Origin: the human T2T-CHM13v2.0 reference genome, Homo sapiens
Direction: 5' to 3' (one strand)
Length of the DNA stretch: 64,000 bases
Assembly (NCBI RefSeq): GCF_009914755.1
Contig: NC_060943.1
Shown: positions 27,476 through 62,514 of the stretch, piece by piece
Position numbering within the stretch: the first letter of the stretch is position 1
How the letters are laid out: each line of letters starts with the position of its first letter
Notes under the pieces: generated by a model
What the model was told of the DNA's origin: nothing
The model's input: the letters and a program-made list of their open reading frames with translations, nothing else
Database searches by the model: none
Translations under genes and position numbers: made by a program

Positions 27476-28049
27476 TAGGAAAAGTTTGGGGATGGGGATG
27501 AGGGAACAGGCCATGAACTGCTGGATCAACTGGGGCAACTGCTTCCAGCCTCCCATAGTGGGGGTGTGAAAAGAGACTGGTGAGAAAGGCAGAGGAAACC
27601 CCTCCCCTACGGCCCCCTTCGATCCTCCTCCTCCTCCCCAGTCTCCCTCCCCACCCAGCCCCAGTAAGCCCTATTCTTGGCCCGGAGGTTACTCAGCAAA
27701 CCCCAAAGGAAAGGCAGAGCCTTGGCTGGGGAAGACAGATAGGGAGGAAGACAGAGAGGAGGGAGAGGAAGGGTTGGAGGGTGATGCAGAGAGGGAGAGG
27801 CGGGGAGATGTCAGAGACGGAGACGAGGCAACCGGACCGTGGAGGAGAAAAATAGAAAGGGAGAGAAAATAGTCGGAGAGACAAAAACCAGGAGACCCAT
27901 GCGTGGACAGAAAGACTAACGGAGACGAAAAGAAAGAGGCAGATGGGGAGACACGTGCGAGACGAGACACATGTGCATTTGTTGGGGAGAAGAGGATTGG
28001 AGGTGTCAGTGTTAAAGGAACCTCTACAACGAAGGTGAAGCCACGGAAG

Positions 28050-28720
28050 ATAAGGTAAGGCTGAGACTTGGGTGCGGAGTGCGCGTCATTGGGCTGGAGC
28101 TGTAAACTGGCGCAGAAATGGGCAGGGAACCCGCAAGCCCACACCGCCCAAGAGTCAGTGAAACCTGAGGGATCTTCCCCAAGGCTCTGAACCACGCGGG
28201 ACGCCTGGGTCCTCGCATGGATGCCGACGGGGCCGGCTGAGTGGGAGCCCCGCCCGTAGCTGGGGTGAGGAGGGCGGGAGGCGCCGCAGCCAGGAGGGCG
28301 GGGACCAGACCTGCCCCGTCTCGCCCCGGGCTCCGCGAGCGATCCCCGCCCCCGCCGGGGGCATGGGAAGGAAAGGGAAGGGAGGAGGATGAGGCCGCCG
28401 GACGCTGGGGTTTCCCCAGCCACCCTGAGAGGAACTGGGACTTTGGGGTCCAGACTGCCAGCGTTTAGCGCAGCGGGGTCCTCCTGCCCCTTGGTGGAAG
28501 CGCAGGCTCCTCCCCCCGCGCGTGGCACCCACGTGGGGCTTTCTCACTCCTCCCAGCTTGGTTTTCTCACCTCGGTCTTGTAGAGTCACCCCCCACCCAG
28601 CACTTCCCCTGCGGCTGGACTCCGCTCAGCCCATTCCCCTGCATCCTGCGGGGAATGGGGGGGCTCGCTGCTCGCAGCGTGGATGGCGCTGGGTATCTCT
28701 CCTCCTCCCCGCTCACACCA
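28050..28720. promoter_or_regulatory. CpG-rich regulatory island in TGFB1 intron 1
   Basis: CpG-dense unique sequence with GC boxes, NF-kB consensus GGGGTTTCCC (28407-28416) and GATA motif AGATAA (28048-28053). Confidence 0.65.
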
Positions 28721-29387
28721 CCTTTCCCACGCCTGTCTCCCCTCTCGGTAAAGCCCTTCCCATGACCCAGGACTCTAGGTCTTCTGGAAGCTCGATTCCT
28801 CCGCTGGGCTCCCCACTCTGTCCCTCACGTCCCTGTGTGAAACACCGAGGACACCTCTGCATCCCGGGCGCCCTCCCGAGTCTCCGCTCCTCTCCCGCTT
28901 GCCTCCTCCTTCCAATAACCTCCCGTCCCTTTCTCCCCACATTTATCACACGCACCTCTGTTTCTCTTTCTACGACTCTCCCCCACCCCCGCATCCCGCG
29001 TGTTCCTGGCAGCCTCTGGAAGTGGGTCCGCTCTCACTTTCCTGGCACCCTCTGGGGTTGCCTTCATCTAGCTTTTCTGTCCTTCTTGAATCTTTCCACC
29101 TCAGGACCCCCAAGCTCTGGGTCAACTTTCTCCAGCGCCTCTCCTTTCCCAAATGCTGGGGTCTTCGCTTCTCCCACACCAGGCTCCCTTCTCTGCACCT
29201 GGCACCCCACGACCCCCCCCCCATTCAACGCGTCCTGGAAGAGGGAGCCTTCTACCCTCCCCCTATTGCTTGTCTCCCTCTAGGGGACTGCCCCCACGAC
29301 CCCGCATGTTTCTGTCGCACTCTAGAAGCGGTCCACTTCGCTATCTCCTCCTCTCCAAGACCAGACACCTGGGTGGTAGGGGGCTCA

Positions 29388-31080
<1,693 letters not shown>

Positions 31081-31303
31081 AAGAGGACCAGGCGGAGAAG
31101 GCTTAATCCGGGGGATGAGACACAGGGGAGCCGACCAGAGGAGGGGGACCCAGAACGGAAGGAGAGTCAGGCTGGGAAACAAGGTAGGAGAAGAGGGTCT
31201 GTCAACATGGGGGCCTCCGGAGGGTGTCAGTGGGAGGAGGGGGCAACAGGACACCTGAGGGATGGAAGGGTCAGGAGGCAGACACCTGTAAGAATTGCTC
31301 TCC

Positions 31304-31309
31304 TTTACT
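31304..31309 (-). terminator. B9D2: B9D2 variant poly(A) signal AGTAAA
   Basis: Plus-strand TTTACT (second copy at 31369-31374). No canonical AATAAA/ATTAAA seen between the B9D2 stop and the TGFB1 promoter. Confidence 0.6.
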
Positions 31310-31567
31310 GAGCACCTCCCATGTGGCTAAGCAGCCTCCTGTCACTCAACACCCTGCGACCCCATACATTTACTGTCCCCAATTTACAGATAGGGAAACT
31401 GGGCCCAGAGGGACCCCGAGGTCCTAGAAAGGACAGAAGCGGTGCCATGCCTTAGCTGGGGTCAGCTCTGACAGTCTCTAGAGTCTGTGCTCTTGACCAC
31501 TGTGCCATCCTCCCCCATCACTGGGTGTCCGGGGTGTGGATGGTGGTGACGTTGGAGGCAGAGTCCC

Positions 31568-31957
<390 letters not shown>

Positions 31958-32019
31958 TCACTGGAGACCCCAGGCCCAGTCTTTTCCTCTCTGGGTTTCT
32001 GTCCCAGAGTTTCCAACCC

Positions 32020-33280
32020 AGCCTCCTTTCTAGGCTCCCACCGTCTTATCTATCCCCACACAGCAGCCAAAGTGATCTTTCCAAATCCATGTTACTCCCC
32101 TGCTAAGGATCCTTCCATAGCTCCCCAGTGCCCTCAGTATAAAGTCCAACCTCTTCAACATTCAAGGCCCTTCTAATCAGACCTCTGCTGAATTTCCTCT
32201 CTGTGTTATCCTCCTCCATGACCCCATGTCAGGGCAGCCCATTGCTCCTCCAGTCCCCAGGTAACCATCATGGGCCTTGTCAGGGACACCTCCTGCCTTC
32301 CCTCCTCATGTCCCTGCCCTGCTCCCTTTGGGCCCAGGGCCTTCTTTCTTGCCCCTCTCTAATCCACCTTCCACCTGGCATCTGGAAGCATCTTTCTCTC
32401 CTTCCATAGCTTTGCCCATGTCCTCAGAACACAGTTCAGCTCCTCAGTCTGGTAGTCAAAGCCCTTGGAGATCCAGCCCCATCTCATCTCATGCTGATCC
32501 CTTCTCCTGTGCTAGACTCTGTTCTAGCTAGCTGGGGACACGGCAGACATGAACATGGATGGCAGACAAAAATTCCTGCCCCCGTGAAGCTGATATCCTA
32601 GACAACGAATGTAGTAAATAAGCAAATTATAGGGTAGATTAGATGGTGGTAATTGCTGTGAGGGAAAACAGAGCTGGGTAGGGTGAGGGTGGGGATACCG
32701 CTTTAGCAAGAAGGGGATCAAGGAAGCTTCATTAAGAAGGTGACATTTGAGCAAATGCTAAAAGGAAGGAAGGGAGTAGGCCATGTGGCCATCTAGAGGA
32801 AGAGTGCTCCTAGCCAGAGGGAACAGCAAGTGCCAAGGCCCTGGGGGGGGACTGTCTGGTGGGGACAGTATGGCTGGAGCCCAGACGGAGTGTGCCTGGT
32901 GGGGACAGCATGGCTAGAGCAGAATGAGGTGGGGAGACGGGAAGGAGGTGCCAGCCTGGTTGTGGAGAGCCTTGTGATGCATGCTAAGACTATGGCTTTC
33001 ACCCTGAGTGAGATGGGGACCATTGGAGGGTTCTGAGCAGAGCAGAGATGGGACCTGACTTAGGTGTTCACAGGGTCCCAGCTGCATGTGGGGTGCAGAC
33101 CAGGGGGGTTGGGGAAGGGGACTCCAGAGACAAGATTCTTGTCATAGTCCATGTGAGAGAAGAACTTGGACAGATCAAGGTGCTGGGCGAGAAAAGGGTA
33201 AGAAGTGGGATTTAGGATATATTTCAAAAGTAGAGGCAGTTTAAGATTTCCTGATGGACAAAATGGGGGCTTGAGAAAAG
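32020..33280. mobile_element. L2 LINE fragments
   Basis: GCAGCCAAAGTGATCTTT..., GGTGACATTTGAGCAAA...GAGGGAACAGCAAGTGCCAAGGCCCTG...TGGCTTTCACCCTGAGTGAGATGGG. Confidence 0.7.
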
Positions 33281-33399
33281 AGAAAGCAAGGCTGGTGCCA
33301 CCACTGGGGGACTGGAGGCCCCAAGAGCTGAAAGGTTAGAGCTGCCCACCTCACCCACACAGCACCGGAAAGATTTTTTTTTTCCCCAGCTCCAGCTTA

Positions 33400-33752
<353 letters not shown>

Positions 33753-34620
33753 TTACCTGCTCTGGCTCCCAAGTGCCTTCAGGAGATGGCCTCAGCTCCT
33801 CAGCCTGGCACTCAAGGCCCTGCATGGCCTGTCCCCTTCTGCCTTTCCCCTCTGCCGTCCCGCTCTCCCTCAATCCACTAGATGCCCTTGGCTCACTTTC
33901 CCCTTTGAGTCTTCCACGTAGCTCCCTCTGCCTAGAACCTTCTTCTATCCCTCTGCCTTATTAGCTCCGCTGGCCCTTCACAGCAAAGTTCAGAAGCCCC
34001 CTCCTCCAGGAAGCCCTCTCTGACCTCCCTGACAGAGTCAGCCACTTCCTCTGGGCTCCCACAGCCTCTCCAAATCACCTATCTTAGTCCTGCCCACTCT
34101 GAGGTGCCACTGTCTGGAGAGAGGTGTGTCCCCCCATAGGACGGTGAACCCTGTGAGGACAAGGCTAAGGGACACTGCCTTGATCCTCAATGTCTCCCTG
34201 GCATCACCCAACACAGGCTGGACACAGGGCAGGTACCAGGTAGACGTTCTTTATATTGGTGAAATATATGGCACATTTACCTAGGCAATTTCTCAGAATC
34301 AACTCATCTCCAGGAACCCACATTTTCTACTAGAAAGGCTTTCTGATGCCGCTCCTCCCCCAGTACTGATTTCCCCTTTGAGCAGCAGCTCTACTTTCAA
34401 GCCGAGGAGCCCTTCCTGGAGAAACAGCCCTTGCCTCTCTCAGACCCTGCCTCCCGGCTTCCTCTTTATTGGAGACTCTCGTTTTGTCTCTTTACTTGAA
34501 TGCCACCTCCCCTCCCACCCTGACCCCCCACCTTCCCACCTCCTGCTCCACCCTGGCCTCTGCCCTAATCATACAAACTTGGGATCGCCTATTGAGCAGG
34601 CCTGGGAAGGCCTTAGCTCA

Positions 34621-34956
<336 letters not shown>

Positions 34957-35144
34957 CTATAGGACTGTTTCTCTGTGGCATCTACTGGTAGGGGTTACGA
35001 AGCATGGACTCTGGAACCAAGTATCTGGGTTCAAATCCTGGCACTACCTCTTCCTGCCTCTGCAACCTTGGGCAAGTTAGCTTTCTCTGCCTTGGTCTCC
35101 CCATCTATAAAATGAGCTGAGTAATAATGCATTCCTCATTGTCT

Positions 35145-35410
35145 TCATTTGTTTTCTGTTACTCTTAACATAATATCCAAAACTGGATAATTTATAAAGA
35201 AAAGGAATTTCTATCTCACAGTTATAGGAGACTGACCAAGGTGGAGGAGCCCCATCTAGTAAGAGCCTTCTTGCTGGAACTCTTCAGAGAGTCCCAAGGC
35301 TAGTGTGCTAACATGCCACTCACGTCTCTCTCTCTCATTTTATAAAGCCACCACTTCCTCTCCCATGATAACCCACTAATCCATTAACCCATTAATCCAT
35401 GAATGGGTAA
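35145..35410. mobile_element. MaLR LTR fragment (MST-like)
   Basis: AAACTGGATAATTTATAAAGAAAAG...CTCACAGTT...TTATAAAGCCACCA...ATTAATCCATGAATGG. Confidence 0.65.
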
Positions 35411-35595
35411 TGAGCATAGTGAGCACGGGATAAGTCTTCAATATCATTTTATTACGATTCTCACCCCATATTTACAAGCCTAGTCCAAGGATTAAGATGG
35501 GGCCAAGGGTACCCTCCAGGAGCGCATCCTGAAACACACATAACAATTTCGATCCTACTGAGGGGTGATAATGATAGCTAAAATGCACTGAGTGG

Positions 35596-39822
<4,227 letters not shown>

Positions 39823-40010
39823 GTATCCCACCCCTCACACACACAAAGATGGGAGCTTGAGACTCATGTGGACAGGGTGTGGGCTGGGCCTGGAGTACTG
39901 AGAACTGATGGAAATGAGGTTAAGAGTCTGCGTTAAGGGGTGGAGGAAGGAGCATGTAGCCTCTAGGCTAGGGGTCTTGGTGTGGAAATGAACCAGGCTT
40001 GGGGGAATAC

Positions 40011-40098
40011 CTGTGTGAATGCCCCACTTGCAGAAGAGGCTACTTTCCGAGAAACCGCTGGCCCCCATGATCTGCCCGATCACGTGCACCTCAGCCAT
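40011..40098 (-). CDS. B9D2: B9D2 first coding exon
   Basis: cccag|GGCCATGG; [29 protein letters not shown]; donor CAG|GTATT. Confidence 0.97.
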
Positions 40099-40349
40099 GG
40101 CCCTGGGAGGGGAAAAATATAATCACAACCCTGTGAGGTAACTGTATTATCTCCATTTGACAGGGGGGGAAACTGAGGCCCAGCAAGTAAAGGGTAGTAC
40201 TAGGATTCCAAGCTAGCTTCGTCACACCCCTGAGGCTGAGGTCTTGACCACAGATCCTAATTGCCAACCCATGAAAGCCTGGAAAAAATGGGGGGACCCT
40301 TGTCTGGGGAACCAGCATTTAACTCTGGGAAGTCCAAAATAACCTTTTC

Positions 40350-40930
40350 GGGTTCAGGTCGGCGGAAAGCCCCGCCCGAAGGGGCTATGGCTCCGCCCAC
40401 GAGCGCAAAAGACCCGCCTTCCGCGTCACGTCAGCCACCCCGCTTCCCTCCCCCAGCAAGCTCCATAAGGCGCATGCGTTATGAGTTCAGGTCCGACTTA
40501 ACCCCGCCTCTAAGCGCAGCGCATGCGTCATTCCTACCTTAGCGCACTTAACGGTTAGGAGAGGAGAAAGCGGCAACCGGGGTTGTAGTTCATGGGCTTG
40601 ACTGCTTCTTTTCTCCGCGGGCGCCGACCAGGCCTGGCTCGCGCCTCTCCCAGGACCCGCCTGGCTGCGAGATATGTAAGCCGCGATACTTCCGCGACCG
40701 CGCTCGTCTTGGTTTCCGTGGTTGTTGCTGGGGCAACAGCAGGCTCCTCCCCTAGCTTTGTACTCGCTCTGCGCGCTACTAATTGGTGCTAGCCGTCTGC
40801 GGGGGGCGGGGTGAAGCTGTGATGGACATTTTCCTCCTCCGCTCCATTTTGGGAAAATAGCGTCTCTCCAGCTACGGCAAAGGGTTCCGCCATTTTGGGC
40901 GTGGCTAGGAAGCTGCCATGTTGAGTGTGG
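40350..40930. promoter_or_regulatory. B9D2: B9D2 CpG-island promoter (probably bidirectional)
   Basis: RFX X-box-like GTTGCTGGGGCAAC (40724-40737), NRF1-like GCGCATGCG x2 (40470, 40519), CRE-like CGTCACGTCA (40424), YY1 CCGCCATTTT (40887), ATTGG (40782), GC boxes. Confidence 0.85.
40538..40730 (-). other. B9D2: B9D2 non-coding exon 1 (5' end approximate)
   Basis: Minus-strand donor AAG|GTAGG at 40537 inside the CpG island; pairs with the acceptor at 40103. Confidence 0.7.
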
Positions 40931-41477
40931 CTGAGGAAGTTTGAGTGCAGTTTCTCCCAGATACCTTCTTTACCAAAAAAGCAAATCCCTAACTGCTCCG
41001 TGCTGCGCCTACCCCACCGAAGAGCTCTCTGTGGTCCGGGATCACAAATCAGAGATTGAACCAGGACCAAGGGGGAATTCCTTCCAGGACCTCGTGTACA
41101 TCCCCGGCCTTGTAACTGGAAAACAAAGCAAAAAAATCACTCCTCATTCAGAGAGTGGAGAAGTTGGGGAGTGGGTTCTGCTTCCGTTTTAGAGTTCCCC
41201 TAGGTTTCTCAAGGACAAGGAAGGAAGGAAGTTGGATAAGTCCAACTTCCTTCTCGGAGCTACTACCAAGTTCACTGTTACTGCTTGATTCTGAGCAAGG
41301 AGCGGTTGGGGTAGCGAAGAGAAATGAGGAACTAAGATTCCCTTATTTGCAGAAAATCCTCTTTCCTATTGATTGATTTATCAATCAAGAAATGGAGATG
41401 TTGTCCCTGGATGCCATCCTAGATGCCATCATTTCCCACATCAAGCCAGTCATCAGGTCCCATCAAGGCTCCTTAAA

Positions 41478-53556
<12,079 letters not shown>

Positions 53557-53719
53557 CTAACCTCGGCTTGCCAGTTTCCTCCCGCGTGAAACAGGACAAT
53601 AAACGATTATGCCTCTTAGGGTTGTGCTGAGGAATACATGTGTATGTAAGTTTATTTGCAAAGCACTTAGAACAGGGCGCACGGTCCTTGTTGCTGTTAT
53701 TATTATTGGCTATTATTGC

Positions 53720-54110
53720 GCAAAGGGGAAGGGAGGCGGGGCCAAGCCAGGAAGGCCCTGGAGAATCCGGGGTGCCCCCTCCTCCGGCAGAGCTTGGGCC
53801 TGGGCTCACGAGGAAGGGGCTGCAGTTCTCCAAGGATTCCCGCCTGCTCCCAGACCCCCGGGAGTCGTAGGAACCCGTTCCTGGACGCTGACGTCGGCTT
53901 TCAGGGATCCCTCGCCGGACGCCGCGGAGGGACAGAGCCTGGGAAGCCGTCGCCCCGCCCCGTCCCCGCCCCCGCGCGCAGCGGGCCCGGGGCGCTGAGA
54001 CCCGCGTAGAGCAAAGCGCAAGGTCCCAGCGCCCCTTGGATCCTCGGTGGCAGGGTCCGGGCGAGTGTCATTGCGAGGGTTCAGGAAGCCCCGGCCTGTG
54101 ATCGTGAGCG
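53720..54110 (+). promoter_or_regulatory. TMEM91: TMEM91 proximal CpG-island promoter and non-coding exon 1
   Basis: CpG island with CRE-like TGACGTCG (53889), GC boxes (~53952-53973), donor GCG|GTGAGT at 54111. Confidence 0.8.
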
Positions 54111-54929
54111 GTGAGTGAGGGACGTAGGTGGGTGGGGGTCACAGTCCCTTCCCTGGGTCCTGGAGTTGGGGATGAGAGGGCAAAGCTTTGGCGAGGAAAT
54201 CGGCTCAGTCAAGGTTTGGAATGAGCAGGCAGGAGGCTTGGGGACCTTCCAGGGGGATCGTAGGACGAGAAGAAGAATATTCTTTCTGGTTGTGTTGCGT
54301 GTGTACGTGTATGTGTGTGCTGGGGTTGAGGGTGTTTATGGGGGCGAGGTGTGCAAAGGATTCTGGAGAGCTGGTGCATGTGTGGGAGTTGTGTGGAGTC
54401 ATAGGTGTGTGGGTGGAGTAGGGCAGGGGTGCCTGGGCCTGATGAGTGGGGCAGGCATGCCAGAGGTCATGAGAATAGGAGAGAGTGCCGGGGTGCATGT
54501 GTGCGTGTGTGCACAGGTGTCTGTGGTTTGTGATGCAGTGGGGAGTAGGGTTGTGCACGGAGTCAATTGGGATAAATGTGTAAGAAGGTTGGGGACCTGA
54601 AAGGGGTGTTTTCTGGGAGCTGATGTTTTGGGGCAAATATTCAAGGAGTCCTTTGGGAGATGAATGTGTGGAGGTGGAGGCTGGGCTTGCCTAGATGGGG
54701 CTGTGTGGCAGGGGACTTCGGGGGGCAGGTCTAGGGGACAGAGGATGGGGAATGTAGACTAGAGTGCAGTTCCAGGCAGCACTGGGGGTAGGGGATGGGT
54801 GTGTGTGTGACTGGGAGGGGTGCCTGGGCCTGGATAGGTGGTCACGCGGTATGAACCTGGGATGGATATTGGGGGTGTTTGTGGGGCAGGTAAGTGTGTA
54901 AGGCATGGTGCAACAGGTGCTGCAACTTA

Positions 54930-55362
<433 letters not shown>

Positions 55363-55368
55363 TCATAA

Positions 55369-55794
<426 letters not shown>

Positions 55795-56067
55795 TAGTGG
55801 AAGGCACGGGAGGGGGCTGGGGTGAGCCCCACTAAGGCCAGCATCTGGCAGGTTGACAGCTGTGCCGATCTGCCTTAGGCCTGGAGTCTCACTTCCCAGC
55901 TGTGTGTGGGCTTCTGAGATTTCCAGTTACGGTTCTTCTTGTTTTATGTCTCTCATCTTTGTTGCCTGGCTTTTGGCTCTGTCTTCCCTCTGATCTCAGA
56001 CTCCGCTGGTTGGTGTCTTCAGAGTGCATGCACCTCTGGCTTTTGTCCACCCTGCTGTCTCCCTCTT

Positions 56068-56107
<40 letters not shown>
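56068..56107. repeat. (TG)n(AG)n compound microsatellite
   Basis: TGTGTGTGTGTGAGAGAGAG... Confidence 0.9.
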
Positions 56108-56111
<4 letters not shown>

Positions 56112-56621
56112 TCTCGCTCTGTTGCCCAGGCTGGAGTGCAGTGGAGCGATCATAGTTTACTGCAACCTTGACCTCCCGGGCTTAAGCAATCCTCCCACCT
56201 CAGCCTCCTGAGTAGCTGGGACCACAGGCATGTGCCACCATGCCTGGCTAATTTTTTGGTGTTTTTTGTAGAGAAGAGGTTTTGTCATGTTGCCCAGGCT
56301 GGTCTCAAACTCCTGAGCTCAAGCAATCTGCCTGTCTTGGCCTCCCAAAGTGCTAGGATTAAAGGTGTGAGCCACCATGCCCAGCCTTCCTTTTTTTTTT
56401 TTTTTTTTTTTTTTAAGTTACTGTTGTCACTTTTTATAATTTCTCATTCCAGGCCAGGCACAGTGGCTCACACTGGTAATCCCAGCACTTTGAGAAGGTG
56501 AGGCAGGAGGACTGCCTCGCCCAGGAGTTCTAGGCTAGCCTGGGCAACTTAGTGAGACTCCATCTTTACTTTTATTTAATTTTTCATTTTGTCCTCCGAA
56601 AATTAGAAAGACCCCATCTTA

Positions 56622-57005
<384 letters not shown>

Positions 57006-57999
57006 TCAGGAATTTGGGACTTAGTTGCATGGTTCTGCCTCTGGATCTTTCTTGAGGTTGCATTCAGCTGGTGGGTGGAACTAGAACAGTCAGGGGCTGG
57101 CTGGGCACTTTTCTCTCTCTTCATGGTGTCTTAGGGCTTCCTTTTTTTTTTTTTTTTTTTTTTGAGATGGAGTTTCACCCTTGTTGCCCAGGCTGGAGTA
57201 CAATGGTGCAATCTCAGCTCACTGCAACCTCCGCCTCCTGGGTTCAAGCAAATTCCCCTGCCTCAGCCTCCTGAGTAGCTGGATTTACAGGCATGTGTCA
57301 CCATGCCCAGCTAATTTTGTATTTTTAGTAGAGACAGGGTTTCACTATGTTGGTCAGGTTGGTCTCAAACTCCTGACCTCAGGTGATCCACCCACCTCAG
57401 CCTCCCAGAGTGCCAGATTACAGGCGTGAGCCACCGTGCCCAGCCGAGTCTTAGGGCTTCTATGTGGTCTCTCCATGTTTGCTGCCTTGGGATTCCTTAC
57501 AGCATAACGGCTTCAGGGCAGTCAGGCAGCTTATGTACCTCCAGCCTACAGCATGAATATTGCAGCAAAGCAGAAGCTGCCTCACCTTTTCTGATTTCGC
57601 TTTGGAAGTCACGTAACATGACTTCCACCACATTCTATTAATTACAAGTGAGTCATGAGCCTGCTCAAATTCAAGGGGAGGGGACACAGAACTCATCCCT
57701 TGATGGGAAGGATATCAAAGTCACATGGTAAGAAAAGCATGTGGGGCCGGGCGCTGTGGCTCATGCCTGTAATCCCAGCACTTTGGGAGGCCAAGACAAG
57801 TGAATTGCTTGAGGTCAGGAGTTCAAGACCAGCCTGACCAATGTAGGGAAAGCCCGTCTCTACTAAAAATACAAAAATTAGGCCAGGCGCGGTGGCTCAC
57901 GCCTGTAATCCCAGCACTTTGGGAGGCTGAGACGGGCGGATCACGAGGTCAGGAGTTCGAGACCAGCCTGGCCAACATGGTGAAACCCAGTTTCTACTA

Positions 58000-58398
<399 letters not shown>

Positions 58399-58603
58399 TC
58401 ATTTAGGCCACTGGAGCATTTTATAATCTCCATCTTTTATTTATTTATTTATTAGTGACAGGGTCTTCTTGCTCCGTTGCTCAGGCTGGGGGGCAGACAT
58501 GTGATCATAGCTCACTGGAGTCTCAAACTGCTGGGCTCAAGCCATCCTCCTGCCTCAGCCTCCCAAAGTAGCTGAGACTACAGGCACAAGACACCATGCC
58601 TAG

Positions 58604-58792
<189 letters not shown>

Positions 58793-59133
58793 TAGTAGAG
58801 ACGAGGTTTCACTGTGTTAGCCAGGACGGTCTCGATCTCCTGACCTCATGATCCGCCTGCCTTGGCCTCCCAAAGTGCTGGGCTTACAGGCGTGAGCCAC
58901 TGAGCCTGGCCCATGCCTAGCTAATTTTAAATTTTTTTTTGTAGAGATGGGGTCTTGCTGTATTGCCCAGGCTGGTCTCAAACTCCTGGCTTCAAATGAT
59001 CCTCCCGCCTTGGCCTCCCTAAGTGTTGGGATGACAGGTGTGAGCCACTGTGCCCGGCCAATAATCTCCATCTTTTTGCAGGTTCCTTGTTTCAGTGGTG
59101 TTTGTCCCTGCTCAGGGGCTTTTCTTTTTTTGA

Positions 59134-59241
<108 letters not shown>

Positions 59242-60019
59242 TAGCTGGGATTACAGGGGCACACCACCACGCCTGGCTAATTTTTGTATTTTTAGTGGAG
59301 ATGAGGTTTCACCATGTTGGCCAGGCTGGTCTCCCAACTCTCGACCTCAGGTGATCCACCCACCTCGGTCTCCCAAAGTGCTGGGATTACAGGTGCAAGC
59401 TACCACGCCCGGCCATGCGGGGGCTTTTCACTCAGAGATTGTAAGCAATTGTAGCGTCCATGATTGGATCCGTGAACCCCTTGAAAATGAACTGAAAACT
59501 CTGGGTGTGGGTGGGGCTCTTCTCTGGAGACCTGATCCACAACTTCCCTTCAAAGGGCTCCAGGATACAAATGTCAAAAGCCCATCTCTGGCCAGGTGTG
59601 GTGGCTCATGCCTGTAATCCTGGCACTTTGGGAGGCCAAGACGGGTGGATCACCTGAGGTCAGGAGTTCAAGACCATCCTGGCCAACATGGTGAAACCCC
59701 ATCTCTACTAAAAATACAAAATTAGCCAGGTGTGATGGCGTGTGCCTGTAATCCCAGCTACTCGGGAAGCTGAGGCAGGAGAATCATTTGAACCCGGGAG
59801 GCAGTGAGCCGAGACTGTGCCATTGTACCCCAGCCTGGGTGACAGAGCGAAACTCCGTCTCAAACAAACACCGAAAGCCCATCTCTGAACACTTTTTTCT
59901 CTTTGTATCTCTGGGGAAGCCCTAGGGGCAGGTATTGGCCTTTGAGGGCTATGGAGAGCAGAGCAATGGGGCAGGAAAGGTGGATGGAGATGCCCACCTG
60001 GGCACTTTCCTGTCCGTAG

Positions 60020-60256
<237 letters not shown>

Positions 60257-60861
60257 TAGCCCAGAGAACCTGAACTCAAATCCTGAGTCTGCCACTCTCT
60301 GCAAGATTTTTTTTGAGTCTCACTTTGTCGCCCAGGCTGGAGTGCAGTGGTACAATCTCGGCTCACTGCAATCTCTGCCTCTTGGGTTCAAGTGATTCTC
60401 CTGCCCCAGCCTCCTGAGTAGCTGGGATTAGAGGCGCGCGCTACCATGCCTGGCTAATTTTTGAATTTTTAATAAAGACGGGGTTTCACCACGTTGGCCA
60501 CGCTGGTCTCGAACTCCTGACCTCAAGTGATCCTCCCATCTTGGCCTCCCAAAGTGCTGGGATTACAGGCGTGAGCCACGGTGCCCAGCTCTCTGCAAGA
60601 TTTTGGGCAAGTCACTTAACTTCCCTGTGCCTCACTTTCCTCATCTGTAAAGTGGGAATAATTGCTACCTCTGGGTCAATGTGAGAATCAAATGAGTTAG
60701 AATAGTGGCATATACCATTTTAATGTTTTTATTTATTTTTTAAAATTTATTATTTTTATTTTTTTTTACCATTTTAATGTTTTTATTAACCACTCAGCAT
60801 CCCCAGTGCCTGACCTATAGTAGGTGCTACGTATCTGCTTTTGGAATACATGCATGAATGA

Positions 60862-61110
<249 letters not shown>

Positions 61111-61291
61111 TTGCCCCTACAGCCCTCACTGTGAACCCTGAGGCCGGCAGCCCAGCAAATCTGTGGGCAGAGAGTGGAGAATCTTGGTGGATGAGGCTGC
61201 GGCGGCGGCAGGAGCATCTAGAAACGGGAGCGAGCTGGACTGGAACCCTTCCCCTTCCTGGCCACCGCTCTTCGGGCGGCAGCAACCTGAG

Positions 61292-61297
61292 ATTAAA
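61292..61297 (+). terminator. TMEM91: TMEM91 poly(A) signal ATTAAA
   Basis: ATTAAA followed by GU-rich TCTGTTCGTGTGTGTG about 30 nt downstream. Confidence 0.75.
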
Positions 61298-62043
61298 CAC
61301 CAGACACCCTTGCAGCCAAACCAGAGTCTGTTCGTGTGTGTGGGAGGATGGAAGGGGGTGGGGGTGCTTGAGACCAACAGGGGACTGACTGGTCAGGGTG
61401 ACGGGCTGTGGTGGGCATCCCCAGGGTGCTTGCTCCCTGAGACCTGAGCTGGAAAAGGGGGAAGAGGATTTTCGGGTTTTTTTTGTTTTTTGAGAGATGG
61501 TCTCCCTGTTGCCCATGCTGGAGTGCTGTGGCACAATCATGGCTCACTGCAGCCTTGAACTCCTGGGCTCAAGCAATCATCCTGATTGAGCCCAGGAGCC
61601 TCCCAAGTAGCCGGGACTACGGGCACCTGCCACCACACCCAGCTAATTAAAAAAATTTTTTTGTAAAGACAAGGTATCACTATATTGCCCAGGCTGGTCT
61701 GAAACTCCTGGGCTCAACTGATCTTCCCGCCTCGGTCTCCCAAAGAGCTGAGATTACAGGCATGAGCGACCATGCCTGGTGGTTTCTAAACAGCAGGATG
61801 TTCTCATCCCAATATGGGTGGTTAGCAGAGAACTGGAGAGAGCTGAGTTTCAAGTCCTTACTCCTCTACCTGTTAGCTGTGTAAGCTTGGCCCAAGTGAC
61901 TTCTCACTTTTTCTCCTCTGCAAAATGGGACTTTCTGCACACCTCAGGCTGTAGTGAGGATTAAATGCATCATATGTGGAAATGACTGTCTGCTGTTGCT
62001 GTCTCCCTCTGAGCTTTTTTTTCTTTTCTTTTCTTTTTTTTGA

Positions 62044-62319
<276 letters not shown>

Positions 62320-62322
62320 TGA

Positions 62323-62514
<192 letters not shown>

